From Phoronis australis (Eukaryota > Animalia > Phoronida), in contig NMRA01000465.1 of the NCBI GenBank assembly GCA_002633005.1, forward strand, positions 222,472 through 286,471: a DNA stretch of 64,000 nt. The letters are read 5' to 3'. Position 1 is the first letter of the stretch. Each line of letters begins with the position of its first letter. This document shows positions 50,708 to 63,187 of the stretch, piece after piece. Under the pieces are notes generated by a model that did not search any database, was not told the DNA's origin, and worked only from the letters and a program-made list of their open reading frames with translations. The position numbers and the translations under genes were made by a program.

Positions 50708-53700
50708 GCATGAGTAATTTTTCGAAAGTTAAGTAAACTCCAGTTTATAGAGCCAGATGTATCTTCTTTCCACAAAATACTGCAACATGATCTTAACACC
50801 TAAAATGTCTTGTTGAAAAACTCCTGGCATGTGGTAAGATAAGTTGTCGAAAGTGGCTCCACGACTGGAGCTAAAATTCAAAGGCCAAACTCCTCCCAGA
50901 ATCCACCCAGGGCCAAAGGTAGGTGCTTATAAATAATGATCAGTGTAATTGCCGGGTTTGTTGACTAATTTTACCAAGATATTGCTGATTGTATGGAATC
51001 GTACCTCAAGAGTGTCACTTGATGAACCATGTGAACAAAAATAAAATGAAACAATGAAACTATGCTTGATTTAATAACTGCAACTCTCCGTCAAAACTCA
51101 GTCGAACAAGAAGCCAGAAATTCTAAGCGCAAACTCTCGCGGCTAGTCTCGCTGTCGACACCTCTAATAATAGAATCATCAGTCACGTGCAGGATTTGGA
51201 ATTCCAGGGCTAGAGTTCTATGGTCTCAGTTTTCGTTAAATCGACTTATAATTCAAACAAAACATTTCGGTAGTGACCAGTCCTGATGATCGCCAAACTA
51301 CTTACACGGAATGAAAGGAATCGCTAATGCTGTTCAAGCCCTCGTTTCAGAGACAAACTAACATTCAGCAGTTCGTGTTTAGCATGGCTTATGTAACACT
51401 GCCGAATCCACCGAGAAAGTGTGAAACACCGTACCAGTGCGATACCGTCCTTTATGAAGCTTACAACCAGAAACGTAATATGAAATCACGATTGCAGTAC
51501 ATAGAGAATCCTACACGAATCTCAGGTTTGTGACATAGGCAAAACATTTTAGAAATTTCCAAGAGGCTTTGCCCATGCCATAAATCTGAGACGAGTGTAG
51601 GATTTGTTTTCTCACATGAACCGTAGAAACGACGATCTTTTTTGCCGAAAAACTCGAAGTGTCTAAAACTTTCAACCACATGACGCAACTTTTGTAAAAA
51701 CAAGCTTACGAAATGTAAAGTAATTCATTTACTTTTTGTTAATAGTTTTATTTTAAGCTTAACAATTGTAACTAACATTCAGCTTTCGCAGCAAATGTTC
51801 AGATTAGAATGTAATAAATAGTCTTTGGGACGTCTCTGTTTGAATGAACGTGGAATTGGCCGCCGAATGTGGGTCCGTTTAAGAAGTTGTTTGCATGTCT
51901 TTCCGACTGGGAGTACGCACAGTTACGACACCTGATTTGTCAATCATAACCTTATCACCTTCTCAGAATTTCGGCATTTTTGCTTGGCTAGGCTTTGGTT
52001 GTTTTAGTGTTTTGCAGACTATGAAATGTAACGCGTATGGATTTCTACTCTACACTACTTTGTGATTGGCCCATGTAATATAAAAATTACGTACTCGGTG
52101 TTATTAACCAGTCGTGTCGTAACGTGATAAAAAGATTTGTCACCCAAGTCTCTATATCAATTTCACTATTTGTTTTTAATTAACCGATCTATCAGCTGGG
52201 GCGTACGTAGCATATGGTCGTTGGTGAAGTATTACTTAACCATCTCAAACCTCAAACCTGAGATTGAACTAGGGAAGTTGCTCTGATACCAACCATATTA
52301 GATTATTACAATGTATATGATATATGTTCACCGCGAGCACCCTCAGCCTAAGAGCGCCATTGTGTTTGTGTTGTTCTCAAGTTTCTCCCTTACTGATTCG
52401 TTAGTTTGGACTTTACCTTCATGAGCTGGGTCACGCAATGGGACTGGCCCATCAGCATTCGAGACCGGACAGAGACAAGTACGTCAGAGTTGAGATGAAA
52501 AACGTTCAACCGAATTTTAAAATTGCCTTTGAAAAGATGCCGCAAGGTACAGCTTCCACGGACATTCCGTATGACGTCACAAGTGTAATGCATTTCTCCA
52601 AAAGGGTAAGGGAAAAGCCATAATTGAGTTGAAGGGGTCACGTCATGGTTCACTATCTGTTTCACCACTCACGACCATCAAAGAGTTTGATTATCGGACG
52701 TCACCAATTTTTCCCACTGCACCTCCAAATCTCCCCCGTCTTAACCAATTCCCTCCACCTATAAGTCATCATCAAATGCCGCCAACCCTCGTTTCCCTGA
52801 TCCCAATGGTCGTTGACACGACCAGATTCGGTTCACATCAGCTACACAAAACCGCGTTCACGGTCGATCTTCAAATTGCGGTTGAGTGATACAAAAAAGC
52901 CGGTTCACGTTCACGTGCGGCAAATGCTGTTTCCCGAGTCACTAGAAAATATTCATCCTTTCATGATTCGTAAAAAAGTTTAACTTACTTTTTCTTCTAC
53001 CCGGCCACCTTGTCCTTGGTGACGTCATCCCAAACCTGTGTTAATCAGGAAACGATATTCCTTGGTCTATGCATGCAGGCGGTCATTGTGTTATGTACCT
53101 ATTTTCTGAAACAATTCAATGAATTAACCCATCCCTGCATTAGATAATCCATGATTTCATGGACATTTTAATTTGGTCCCAAATCTCGCGAATCATTTCA
53201 AAACATTGTAAAAAAAAAACAGTCCCGAGACGCCACATTGCAACTTTGATCACTTAGCAATACTTTAAAAAATCGTGCGTTAAGGGAAAGTATTAGCCAG
53301 TAATAAACTACTTATCAATAAGTGTACCATTTGCTTGACGTTAATTATTCCAAGAAATTTAAAAATACGCCTATTAATGTTTTGGTTTTAACTGATTTGA
53401 ACTGCTGACATACTATGTTTGTGTGTTGACCCCGTAGACATCTTGATGTCTATGGCTGACCCGTTCAGAGGATTTTTGTCGATGTTTCTTTGATGTTGAC
53501 TTGCTGACGATCAATTACGTTGACCTAATATTGAAATTAGTATCATTTAATCGCCTACAATGTTCGTGCAGCGTCATAGTCCATAAGCATACACCAACGA
53601 TTCAAAATTCGCATACGTTTGATAACGCAGGCCTTTGGCTTAGTGGATCCAGCCACAAACCAGGAACTGCAAACGATATTTGCGCTCGATACCAGGAATG

Positions 53701-56700
53701 ATGAACTGATGGGCGCTGTGATAAACAAGACGTTGTCCTTCACTGACATCAAGGAAATTAACATTCTTTACAAATGCAACAGTGAGTATAAAATGTTCTC
53801 ATTCTCGTTTCAAGTCTCGAATTGTTCCGCATTATAAGGATCCCTCAGACCGCGCAGTGCTAAAACCATCGCCTTTGATTAATAGCGTCTGAAGTGCGCA
53901 ACGACAGGCCGAACGCTAACATAATCTGGCTGTGAAGTTGTCTGTACTGCAATGGGTCTAAACTGAAATGTAACTAGGTTTGATGCTAAATTTGTTGTCC
54001 TACTGCTCCATACATGGCACGATGTGTAATCAAATTCACTGCAACTTGTGAGGAGGAAATTAATTCCCCTAACAGAGCTACTTGTCAATGAAATTATTCT
54101 TAGTTAGTGGGTTAAAGGAGAATTCCACCCGATATAATTAGTCATTTTTACCGTCTTAATCGGTCTCTATCTACATCGCCTCTTATACGGTCGACCTCAC
54201 CTTGCCGAGAGGTGACGCGTTAACCTGTGAGGAAGGTGAGAGGCGACGCAGCGACGTCAGTCGTTCGTCTGCAGAGTGAAAGACGAAATCGAAATTTGAT
54301 GATTTATTGGTGTTAAACGATGAATTGAAGCGATAAGCTGACACCTCTAACCCGTGTTGTGAACTGCTGAACAGACTGCGTGTGAAATCAACTACGTCAC
54401 TGGATAATTTCAACACCTCTGTTTGCCGTCAGGTGCCAGGTAACGCAACCGAACGTGCCGTTATCGAGAAGAACTACTCGATCTAAATTGATACAACATA
54501 GGTTGTTTTTTGATTGGCATTCTCCTTTAAGGTGAGAGCTGCTTTAGCATATAATCGGTGGCACTGCAAACTAGTAGACATGTTTTCAATTCAACCACGC
54601 CACGTCGTTAGAAATTCTGCTTACCAACGCCATAGGTAGCTTTGAACTTTTATTCTGTGTTACAAAAAAAATTGATTTCCCACCAGAATCCGACTTTCGT
54701 CTCAATTTTTGAAAACCCGTTTCAGAATGTTAGGTGGAATGCATAGTGAAGTCCCGTGAAACTGCTTGACTGACCTGTTTTTCCTAAATTATGGCATGTG
54801 AAGGTACACGTGCAACTTCAGAATCGATGTGGACGTAACGATTGGTTAGTAATATCTTAAAGCAGAATTCCACCCAAAAACAACCTATTTTGTATCAATT
54901 TAGATCGAGTAGTTCTACTCGATAACGACACGTTCGGTTGCGTTAACCGTTGACACCTGACGGCAGACGGAGGTGTTGAATTATCCAATGACGTAATTGG
55001 TTTCACACGCAGTCTGTTCAGCAGTTCACAACACGGGTTTGTGGTGTCAGCTTATCGCTTCAATTCATTGTTTAACACCAATAAATCATCAAACTTCGAT
55101 GTAAAACCCTTAAAAATACACCGAGTTCTTATAAAAACGTATTGTTTTCCCGGCTAGTGGCTCGGAACCCGATAAGGCCCTTCGCGGCCGGACGAACTCG
55201 TTATCCCGGCCAGTGGCTCTGAACCCGCGATCAGGCCCGTCGCGGGTTCCCCTTCCACAAACCGTCAGCCGGGCAAAGGTTGTACAGTTACAATGATTTG
55301 AATTATGTGTTTGTATTTCTAAATAACGATTCCCCCAACATGTGACCATAGCATACAAAATCGAGTAATTGTTTCACAACAGCTTTCTGTCAGCAAACAC
55401 TGAATTAGCATGCACTCACACGGCCTCGGTGCCCGGTCAATTACCTTTGTTGCCAGCATCAAAAGCCGGTAACGCAGTGGCTTATTCATTGCTGGCTTCT
55501 CAAAACATTTGCGCTCAAGAGAAGGCATTACAAATTGTATCTAAAGTGACAGACTTTGTTTCAGTTTCATATAAACATTGGTTAGGATCATTTTAGGATG
55601 AGAACAATTCGTTTTGAAACAGAACACAGAATAATAAACGTCTACATGGCAACTCGCCCGGGGCAAATCCCGACTTAGTCAAAAGCTCATCCGACGAAGA
55701 CTTCACGTGTCGGATCGTTAGTTTCACAGGCTACCAGTTGGAACCGGGGTACTGATCAAAAAATACTAGAGAGGCGCCGTGAACATGTATAGGCAACGGA
55801 ACGTATGGATAGTTCTTTGGGAAGCCGGAATTCGTCAAAGAAATCACTGTCGACGAAATACCGGCCACAGACACTGAGATGTTTCACGGGCTCGTACTTG
55901 CTATTAACAGCATACCTTTCATTCTTCACTACTGCGAGCCACTTCCTAAGCATTTTGGGCTCTCGTTGAAGTCGAAAAAACGATATACCCGCTTTCTTCG
56001 CAGCTTCATAGTTCGGACAAGCGGGAACCGATGCTCCGCAAAACAGCGGCATTCACTCCGCAGACGAACCACTGACGTCGCTGCGTCGCCTCTCACCTTC
56101 CTCACAGGTTAACGCGACACCTCTCGGCAAGGTGAGGTCGACCGTATAAGAGGCGATAGAGACCGATTAAGACGGTAAAAAGACTAATTAAATCGGGTGG
56201 CATTCTCCTTTAAAGTCCCCATGTATACCGTAACCTAACGGACGTTGCACGTTCAGTAGCAGGGGCGGATCCAGAATTTTGAGTTAGGGGGTCCAGGGCA
56301 CAGGAATAACCAGAATTTCGGCAGATGCACGCGCCCAGACTAAAATGTAGGGATGCAGGGGTCTCAATTTTTTGGGTTTGCGGACCTTTTGACTAAAAAA
56401 AAACAACGGTAAATTGGTTTGTTCAGGGTCTATACATTGTTTATTCACCACCTGAGCCCCCTGGTAACGCGGATGTGTTAGTAAGCAATTCGCACCCAAA
56501 CTGCCCAATGGTATCTGGTAGAATTTTAGGGGAGCATGGCCCCCTTGGGCCACCCCTAAATCAGCCACTGAGTAGCCAGTGGTCCATTAAATATTCTCAG
56601 CTCTTGATAATACATTAAAGAGAACGTTTCCAACTTTAATCAAGTAAAGGTTTCTATGTCGTCCCGATGTTTTGGTGACGCTTCATTGCAAAGCCCAGCA

Positions 56701-59700
56701 TATCCTAGGTATGTTCTTACACAACTTTAAACATGTGGTAGGTTTCAAGCTAAGTATTTAGAAACTGTGGCCACGGACAGAAAATATCGAAAATAAATAA
56801 TTGGAGTTCGAACTCTGGGATTACATTCCTGACCATACGTTTTAAGGTAACATCCGTCAAATTTTAATCCTGTAGACCGACACTATCGGAGAAGCTGACT
56901 CGCTGACGTGCAAGCGAGCTCACGTACTCTCGACTATTGTTCAAGCAAACTGACTCACTACTGGCTGATCACTAATCTACTCCATTAAACACAGACTATG
57001 ATTATGTCTGCTTTATTTTGTTAGAACACTGCAGTCGGTTACCTCGTTGTACAAATGGCGGATTTGTAGACAAGACGTGCCAGTGCCTGTGTCCAGATGG
57101 TAACAGAAACTGTCAAGTGGGCGGGCCTAAAGGAGACCGAGTAACAAGTACGCTTCAATAGGAGTACTGCACCTGCAGATATTAAAAAATCTTCCCCGAT
57201 AACCCAACCAATCACATCTGTAGCAAACATGTCAATAATGTACGGGAGTGGGGTTCCAAGGTCACACGCGAAACACTCGACGTGTAATTTTGATTGGTCT
57301 TGCGTGGCCTCGTCAAACTGGGGACTTCATGAAAAGCCACTCATATGGTCCCACTTCGCAAAAATCAATAATAAAGGTGTATTCAAGTGATTATTAGCAC
57401 TTAGCTGCCTAGAAATAATGTTTTTGAAAATTTGTTAGGAAGTAGCATTGGTGGATATATTCTCAGAAACTTCGTAATTTTACACAAATGACTTAATTGT
57501 ATCAGAAATTTGTATGTGGAGTGCAAGCCAAGTAAATGCCTTCGTCTTAAGCCACGTTCATGAAACAGATCGCTGGTCCATTTTGCTCCGTACCCAGTTG
57601 AGAAGTCAGTTTCGTGAAGACTTGAAAAGGCCGACAGTTCGGTATTGCATAAAATAATACTTGAAGTAGGACATGACCTGTCGGCAATGACAAGCCTATT
57701 GTCAAGCAACGACTTACCAATCCTTCCAAACCCCAGAAATCACTTTTTAAAATATTGGTAAGAGCTTCCTTGAAACGAGTCGTGTTTACAACAAGGACAC
57801 AGCGTATGCTTAGTACCTTGTCTTAAACGATTTCGTATGGGTCGATTACTGGATAGTTATGTTGTCGACACGGTACTAACTTGCGATCCATTCTCGTCAT
57901 TTTCCCCCGTAAGCCATCAAAAACGTGTAGTAATTCGCCAGTAATTTCACGAGGCGAACGATTTGTCCCAACAAATTTGGATTGTATTTGACGATCAAAC
58001 ATATCGTATTCTACAGTACTGTATTGAACAATCCCGTACCTCAGTGTGGAACGAGTTCACGGCATTGGATCGAGCGAATGTCCATAAGATTTGGCATGGT
58101 ACATGATCATTGTATCCAATGGTTTCGAAAGGGCTTGAATTATGATCCGCCTCAAAACCAATGCGTGCTCCCCACGCTTAAACAGGACGCAAAACTTCGA
58201 ACATTGTGTTTAGCGCTTTCAATATATTATGTCTGACACAACATATTTGTAAGGTTATAGCAAAAACGGGACACGTGATTCTATTGATTTTTCCTCGTTT
58301 TACAGATTGTAAAAATAAGCACAAGAATGAGATGCAATGTGAAAAATGGGCCAAAGAGCACCAATGCCAGATAAACCCAATATTCATGATATCAAATTGT
58401 ATGAAGTCCTGCAAGAGATGCCACATCAACTACAAAGGTGACAGCGGCCGTGCCAAGGGTAAGTAAGATTTGTGTGGAGAATTTTTTCAGGCAAAGAGCA
58501 ATTGGTTACGAAATTTGACTCTTAATCGAGTTAAATCACAAAAGCAACTAACAGAACAGCACACCGTGTTGTTGTGAATTCTGCTCCTTCACTAATCATG
58601 GAACGCAATAGTTTGTTGTAAACTTGCAACAGACTTGTGAAACATGGCAATGTCGCAGTGCTTGGGCATGTCGTTAATATCCAAACAACAATATAATGGA
58701 CTTAATCACATCCAATATTTTCGTCACTTGGGACCAGATAGCTGTGATAAGATCGCTTGGATGTCTTCTAATTAAACTTCTGCATAATTTTCAGGCAGTT
58801 GTAGCAACCCATTAGGAGATGAAGAATGTCGAGACCTAGCCTATGCCTACTACTGTAATATCAACCCTGTCTACATGTTGGTCAACTGCCCTCAGGCCTG
58901 CGGCTGGTGTGACAGAAAACTGCTCACAGGTGAGAAGTTTTGGTTATTTAGGAGCACAATCCTATATTGTGGAACAAAGGGCCAACAACATGGCCGACAA
59001 ACACTCTCATTGACTTACAATGTGTGATTGGCTGGTTGACTGAAATAAATCCACTGCTGTATTTGCTCGGACGGGGCCTGCCTCCGTGTTTTGACTGCCA
59101 GTTGGGTCGAAAGACCACTAGTCCCAATATCGTTTGGCGAAACTTTGCATTCGTCTGTACAAAGGGACTGTTCATTAGGTTGCTCCAACTGATCCAAACC
59201 ACCACTAGTCAGATCAGTCACTCGTCCAAAAGTATTTTCGCTCAAAGGAACAGTAAAATGCTAAAATCCACCTTTCTTTTCTGTAACATGCTTTATGGCA
59301 GAGGTTCACTCATAAAGTTGGTGGCCACCATCACCACAAGAAAGGAGACGTAAGATGCACGTAGCGCCGGGACGATACGTGCCCCAATAACTTGGAATAC
59401 ATTTTTTCTGAGGGAACATTTGCCCTTTACCAGAGCCAGACAATGTTATGGAACACAAAACTGTGTCCCCAGGGTCCTCCTCTGGCAACGATTAATGGAG
59501 TAATCTGACGCTTTCTCCCGTTTCTTTGAAAGTGTCTAAAATTTGATAGAAATCTGTGAATGAGGTTAACTGCGCCTACCGCGCATTGTGGTAGGCCTAC
59601 ATGTATGAGTTCTGTGAATACTATTTTGCTTATTAATGACCGAGTGCGCTCGGGTCGCTGAGACCGAGCCCGGGTTACACACCACGTTCAGACAATTCTG

Positions 59701-61987
59701 CGAATATTGTCATACTGATCGGATGTGTTTTGTGCTGTGCGAGTCTCAAGACATCATTAAGGTAACATTTACTGTCATAGTCTTTCACATTGAGGTATTT
59801 GGGCAGCATGCCTTTCCGATTAAAGACCCCTCTTAGACGGTATTCTTTCTGGTAGTGTTGGCCCGGGCATTGTCAGACATGTGGTCACAACAACCAAAAC
59901 GGCAAAAATGTTATAAATATCAAACAAAAAATGAAATAAATCAGTAGCATTGATCGTAATTGAAAGACAGGATAACTTGAAGACCACTATTTCTAAATGA
60001 CTACACAAAGGCCATATTGCCGAGGGTTTCATAGCGACAATGACGCGTTACTTTTTCATAAGTAATTCCAAGAGAACATGTAACTCTTGTTTTATGGGTG
60101 GATACATGTATTAGGAAAGCAATGATGAATAAAGAAACGAAACTTTCTGTGTTTATAAGGCTGCAGGAGTGACCGTGTACAGTGTAGGCCTACACGTATT
60201 ACGCATAAAGGTTGTCAAAATGAAGTATCAGTGAACTTTGATGCAGCCTGAAATTTGGGAAAATCTAAATAATAGAACCCCAAATAATAAAGTGCTTTAT
60301 GTGACTTTTTGCCGATATGAAATGTCTTCCAAGAAATCGGTATTTTGTTAAACTTTAATCAGCATGATGAAATTTGGGCAACTCAATATCGAGTATTTGT
60401 AGCAGGTATTACAACTAACACTCATCATAATAACAAACTTGATTTTGTCAACATGACAACAAGCATAAACATTTTTGTGAATTTGGTATTGCTTGCCACA
60501 CAAACCCGGGTTGCCTTTTCTCATCTACCGTGGATCATGCCCATTTTCCTCGAAGCCATCTGACAACATTACAACAGGCGCCAATTTAATATTCATGCAC
60601 TTGGCTGTTTTCAAAATTTGGTGAAACAAAGTAACGTAAAGTTTGCCTCTGTGGGGTAAATAATTTTATCGATTTTTTTCTTAATTTAACAGCGATATTT
60701 TTAACTCAGTGTTTTTGTCCAAATCTGGAGGCAACTGCTCTTTTGATACTGATACCACTGTAGCAGGTCGAGACAAAGCTTGTATCACTGGAATGGTAAT
60801 GCGGTAATGCGGACATTTCTGACCGAGACTGGCTAAGCGACCCGTAGACGGGGGACAAAAGACAAACGCTAAAAGACTTTTCGAAATACAGGCTCCAAGT
60901 GTGTAGTTCACATGGTGTCTGAACAGATCATAACTAGCTTACAAGAACATGCGGTGCTCAGAAACGTTATAATCAGTGTTTTATTTTTCATTTATTCCGA
61001 AATTTCAAATTGGTACATTTATTATTGTTAGCCAATAAATGTTGTTTTGCGAGTCTCCGAGGCATGTTGTTACTATTATTAGATACATAAGGTTGATTTG
61101 ATAGGTCTGACGAAATAGCACGCCACAAATTGGAAGCAATTTGCTTGGGGCGTTTAGTTTTGTACCACTCTTGTGTTCGTTTTATGGACTCAGGTAAATT
61201 TTATTCGACAGTTGAATTGTTTTGTATGTTGCTCTTTTTCATGCTAATCTGTGAAACAAAGTGGGGGACACCGTCTTAGTTTTCTTCGTTACAGCTACCT
61301 AAACAATGGCATATCTTGCGAAGACGTACTTCAAGTTGTAGATTTTGCATAGTAAACTGACATACCACTACTAATTGAGCGAACGATTGAGCTTCTTTTC
61401 AAGTACCTCCCCTTTCCTGAGAACTTGGACTTGCCTTTGCTTCGGTATGCATATATAATACAGCGCAGTTGGAGCACTGTGTTCTTCCTGGAACATGGTT
61501 CAATCACTGAAGGTTCCTGGAGCGTGGTGCAACAGGTGTGAAGTCAGTGGTTTCCACTATTGTTTTTGTGCTTTTGTCCGCAACAAGGCTCCGCATTCCA
61601 TCATGTAACATGCATATGCAATGTGCGTTAAAAGCAATGATCGCCATGATGGGGAATTATTTCGAGACATGATCTTGCCTCAACACAGGCAGCTCGCTCT
61701 ATTGGTTAATTTGTTTATAATTATAGGCTGTGAAGACGTATGGCACAATGAGACAGAGTGCGTTGCGTGGTCCTCAATGGGCTTATGCCAGCGCTACCCT
61801 ACATGGATGATAGCTAACTGCCGCGCCTCCTGTGGGGCGTGCTCACAACCGTTTTCCTGCAGGAACGTTCACTTGAATGAACAAGATTGCTATGCGTGGG
61901 CCTCTTCAGGCGAATGCACTGCTAACCTCGTGTTCATGTTTAAAAAGTGTCAGTTAGCATGTGGAATGTGTGGGGAGTTTGCACAGC
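36590..61987 (+). CDS. Astacin-family (M12A) zinc metalloprotease with EGF-like and at least 4 ShKT domains; last exon not identified in the window
   Basis: Exons 36590-36646 (signal MKSIIKDFWVALFLYMVTV), 38479-38602, 39017-39164 (pro-domain IELDLKLTVEQ), 40222-40310 (RRLKR furin site; LWPDATMPY), 43621-43820 (WEAYTCFKF..GCMS), 52405-52605 (HELGHAMGLAHQHSRPDRD..SVMHF), 53631-53781 (LSFTDIKEINILYKC), 57025-57147 (EGF CTNGGFVDKTCQCLCP), 58306-58458, 58795-58929, 61727-61987 (ShKT domains). All phases are compatible. Confidence 0.93.
36730..37280 (+). mobile_element. Decayed LINE 3' fragment (RTE-X-like C-terminal zinc-knuckle region) in astacin intron 1
   Basis: EKPKLR...IARFKAGILPL...GRY...ICRVYKSEIEDEAHFIFGC with in-frame stops. 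Confidence 0.65.
40756..40852. repeat. ~40-bp-arm imperfect palindrome
   Basis: AAAACGTGCCGAGAGTGGCGTAGATGAAGTAATACCC pairs with GGGATATTAGTTCATCTACGCCAATCGAGGTACGTTTT. Confidence 0.8.
42227..42311. repeat. ~42-bp tandem duplication
   Basis: ..CTTTCCGATTCACATTTCTTGAAC occurs twice in tandem. Confidence 0.8.
44530..48640. mobile_element. Mosaic of decayed Academ-like (AcademX, XPG-nuclease-bearing) transposon fragments in astacin intron 5
   Basis: Broken reading frames with TNWSL, EAKYH and CIICQK motifs; an XPG/H3TH-like remnant at ~48420-48630 (DADVMVL..ALRGLH..GDSVSAF..KGK). Plus-strand copy ~45130-46060 and minus-strand copy ~46100-47090. Confidence 0.55.
47184..47981. repeat. 19-bp minisatellite GTGCTGCCTCCAGAGGCAG x42
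   Basis: Exact 19-bp period; variants seen only in unit 2 and the last two units. Confidence 0.98.
49508..50330 (-). mobile_element. Non-LTR retrotransposon fragment (restriction-endonuclease type, HERO/NeSL-like), disrupted
   Basis: KPVEYLGK..GRFKVWCYQFG..; GRKWKAAVAVEEAESRLRHKNIVGTVCHGRQGLG; split into two ORFs at ~49990. Confidence 0.8.
50342..51540 (+). repeat. Dispersed element with an inverted partial homologue at ~62810-63170
   Basis: GCGCAAACTCTCGCGGCTAGTCTCG (~51127) is the reverse complement of CGAGACTAGCCGCGAGAGTTTGCGC (~62858); termini CCATATGTCA / TGACATAGG, compare TGACATACGG at 63170. Confidence 0.55.
50638..50709. repeat. (CA)n microsatellite
   Basis: Directly visible. Confidence 0.97.
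54116..54526 (+). mobile_element. Kolobok-like internal-deletion derivative (short copy)
   Basis: TTAA|AGGAGAATTCCACCC...GGCATTCTCCT|TTAA; both halves are inverted homologues of the ends of 54861-56209. Confidence 0.85.
54861..56209 (-). mobile_element. Kolobok-like non-autonomous element retaining a THAP zinc-finger ORF (55756-56052)
   Basis: TTAA TSDs, AGGAGAATGCCACCC TIR; ORF MPLFCGASVPAC..FFRL..RKWLAVVK..VCGRYFVDSDF has the THAP pattern, with CxxH changed to CxxY. Confidence 0.85.
56260..56570. mobile_element. MITE with CAGKGGC TIRs and perfect 5-bp TSD AGTAG
   Basis: AGTAG|CAGGGGCGGATCCAGAATTTTGAG...CCCTAAATCAGCCACTG|AGTAG; same family as 21061-21220. Confidence 0.8.
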
Positions 61988-63187
61988 GTAAGTTTTGATT
62001 TTTTTTCTACTAACATAGCTTTAATGTTTACTGATGATGGAAAAAATAAGCTTTTCATATAAAACGTTGAGTAAAAGACCCTATTTCAATTTGCAAAAGG
62101 TATCAAATTTTTGACTTTTAAAATATTAAATATCTTTCTAATTAAGCGTTCCATTTACCAAAATACTTCCAATACTGGTTGTGAATTGCGAAACCATCCG
62201 AAAACGTCCTAATCTATTCCTTGAAATTATTATTTTGAATGTAATTCTTCGTCCAGACGAATGTGCCGGTGCTAGAGGGTCAGAATACATGGACAAGTTT
62301 TGAGAATAAAATTGCATGCGCTTGTTTGGTAGCAAGATAGTGTCACGAACTTACGAAGCCAGGAACAGGGTCAGGGGCCCCTGCTTTGTTGTTACAGCCC
62401 CAGAAATCCTTTTGCATTATATACAGGTTCTCATTTATAAGTAAGACTGAGCTCAGGGGACCTCTAGACACCTCTGTGCAATGCTCAACTGTCAGCCAGT
62501 AAAACCAGGATTCAAAACACGGGTTTCCCAAACGGGATTCCGGAGCTCAAACCACTGATAACACCGTTTGCTTCAGAATTCAATCTGACGAGCAAGAAAC
62601 GTTTAACCTTGCTGGATTGGTCCAGTGTACCCTATAGTTGGGTGGCAACCGTTTTCAGTTCGTTTGTCATACATGGTCGCGTAACACATACAAAATGGTT
62701 TTCAAATTCCTCGGTGAATATACCTGGAACCTACATGTGGGCGAGGCTTTTTTTTAGAAAATGCGGGGCATACTTTAGTCATTTAGACAACAACCATAGA
62801 ACTGTAGCCCTAAAAATTTAACTCCCGTACGCGACCCATAACTGGAGCTTGCGACCCCGAGACTAGCCGCGAGAGTTTGCGCTGAGGATTTCCGGCTGCC
62901 TGCTCGAATGAGTTTTTACAGAAAATTATAGTTATCAAATCCAGCCTGATTGCATTTTCTATTTTCATTTTGTTATTATTGTTCATCAAGCGTGACTCTT
63001 GATGTTCGTTTCCATACAATAAGCAATTTCTCGACAAAATCCAGTATTTCGTGTTGTTGACAGCATGCAGTTTATTTGGCAGTTGTCCCACTTTTGGCAG
63101 ACCGTCCCACTACTTTATTTTTTCCGCCATTCCGCCACACTGTTTAAATGTCCCGCTTTTTGACATACGGACAAACTGACATATATA

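Noticed and set aside
62390-62821. Candidate terminal exons for the astacin gene (acceptors near 62396 and 62576)
   Set aside because: Phase-compatible but the peptides are featureless and the second overlaps repeat-derived sequence; the true end cannot be fixed from this window.
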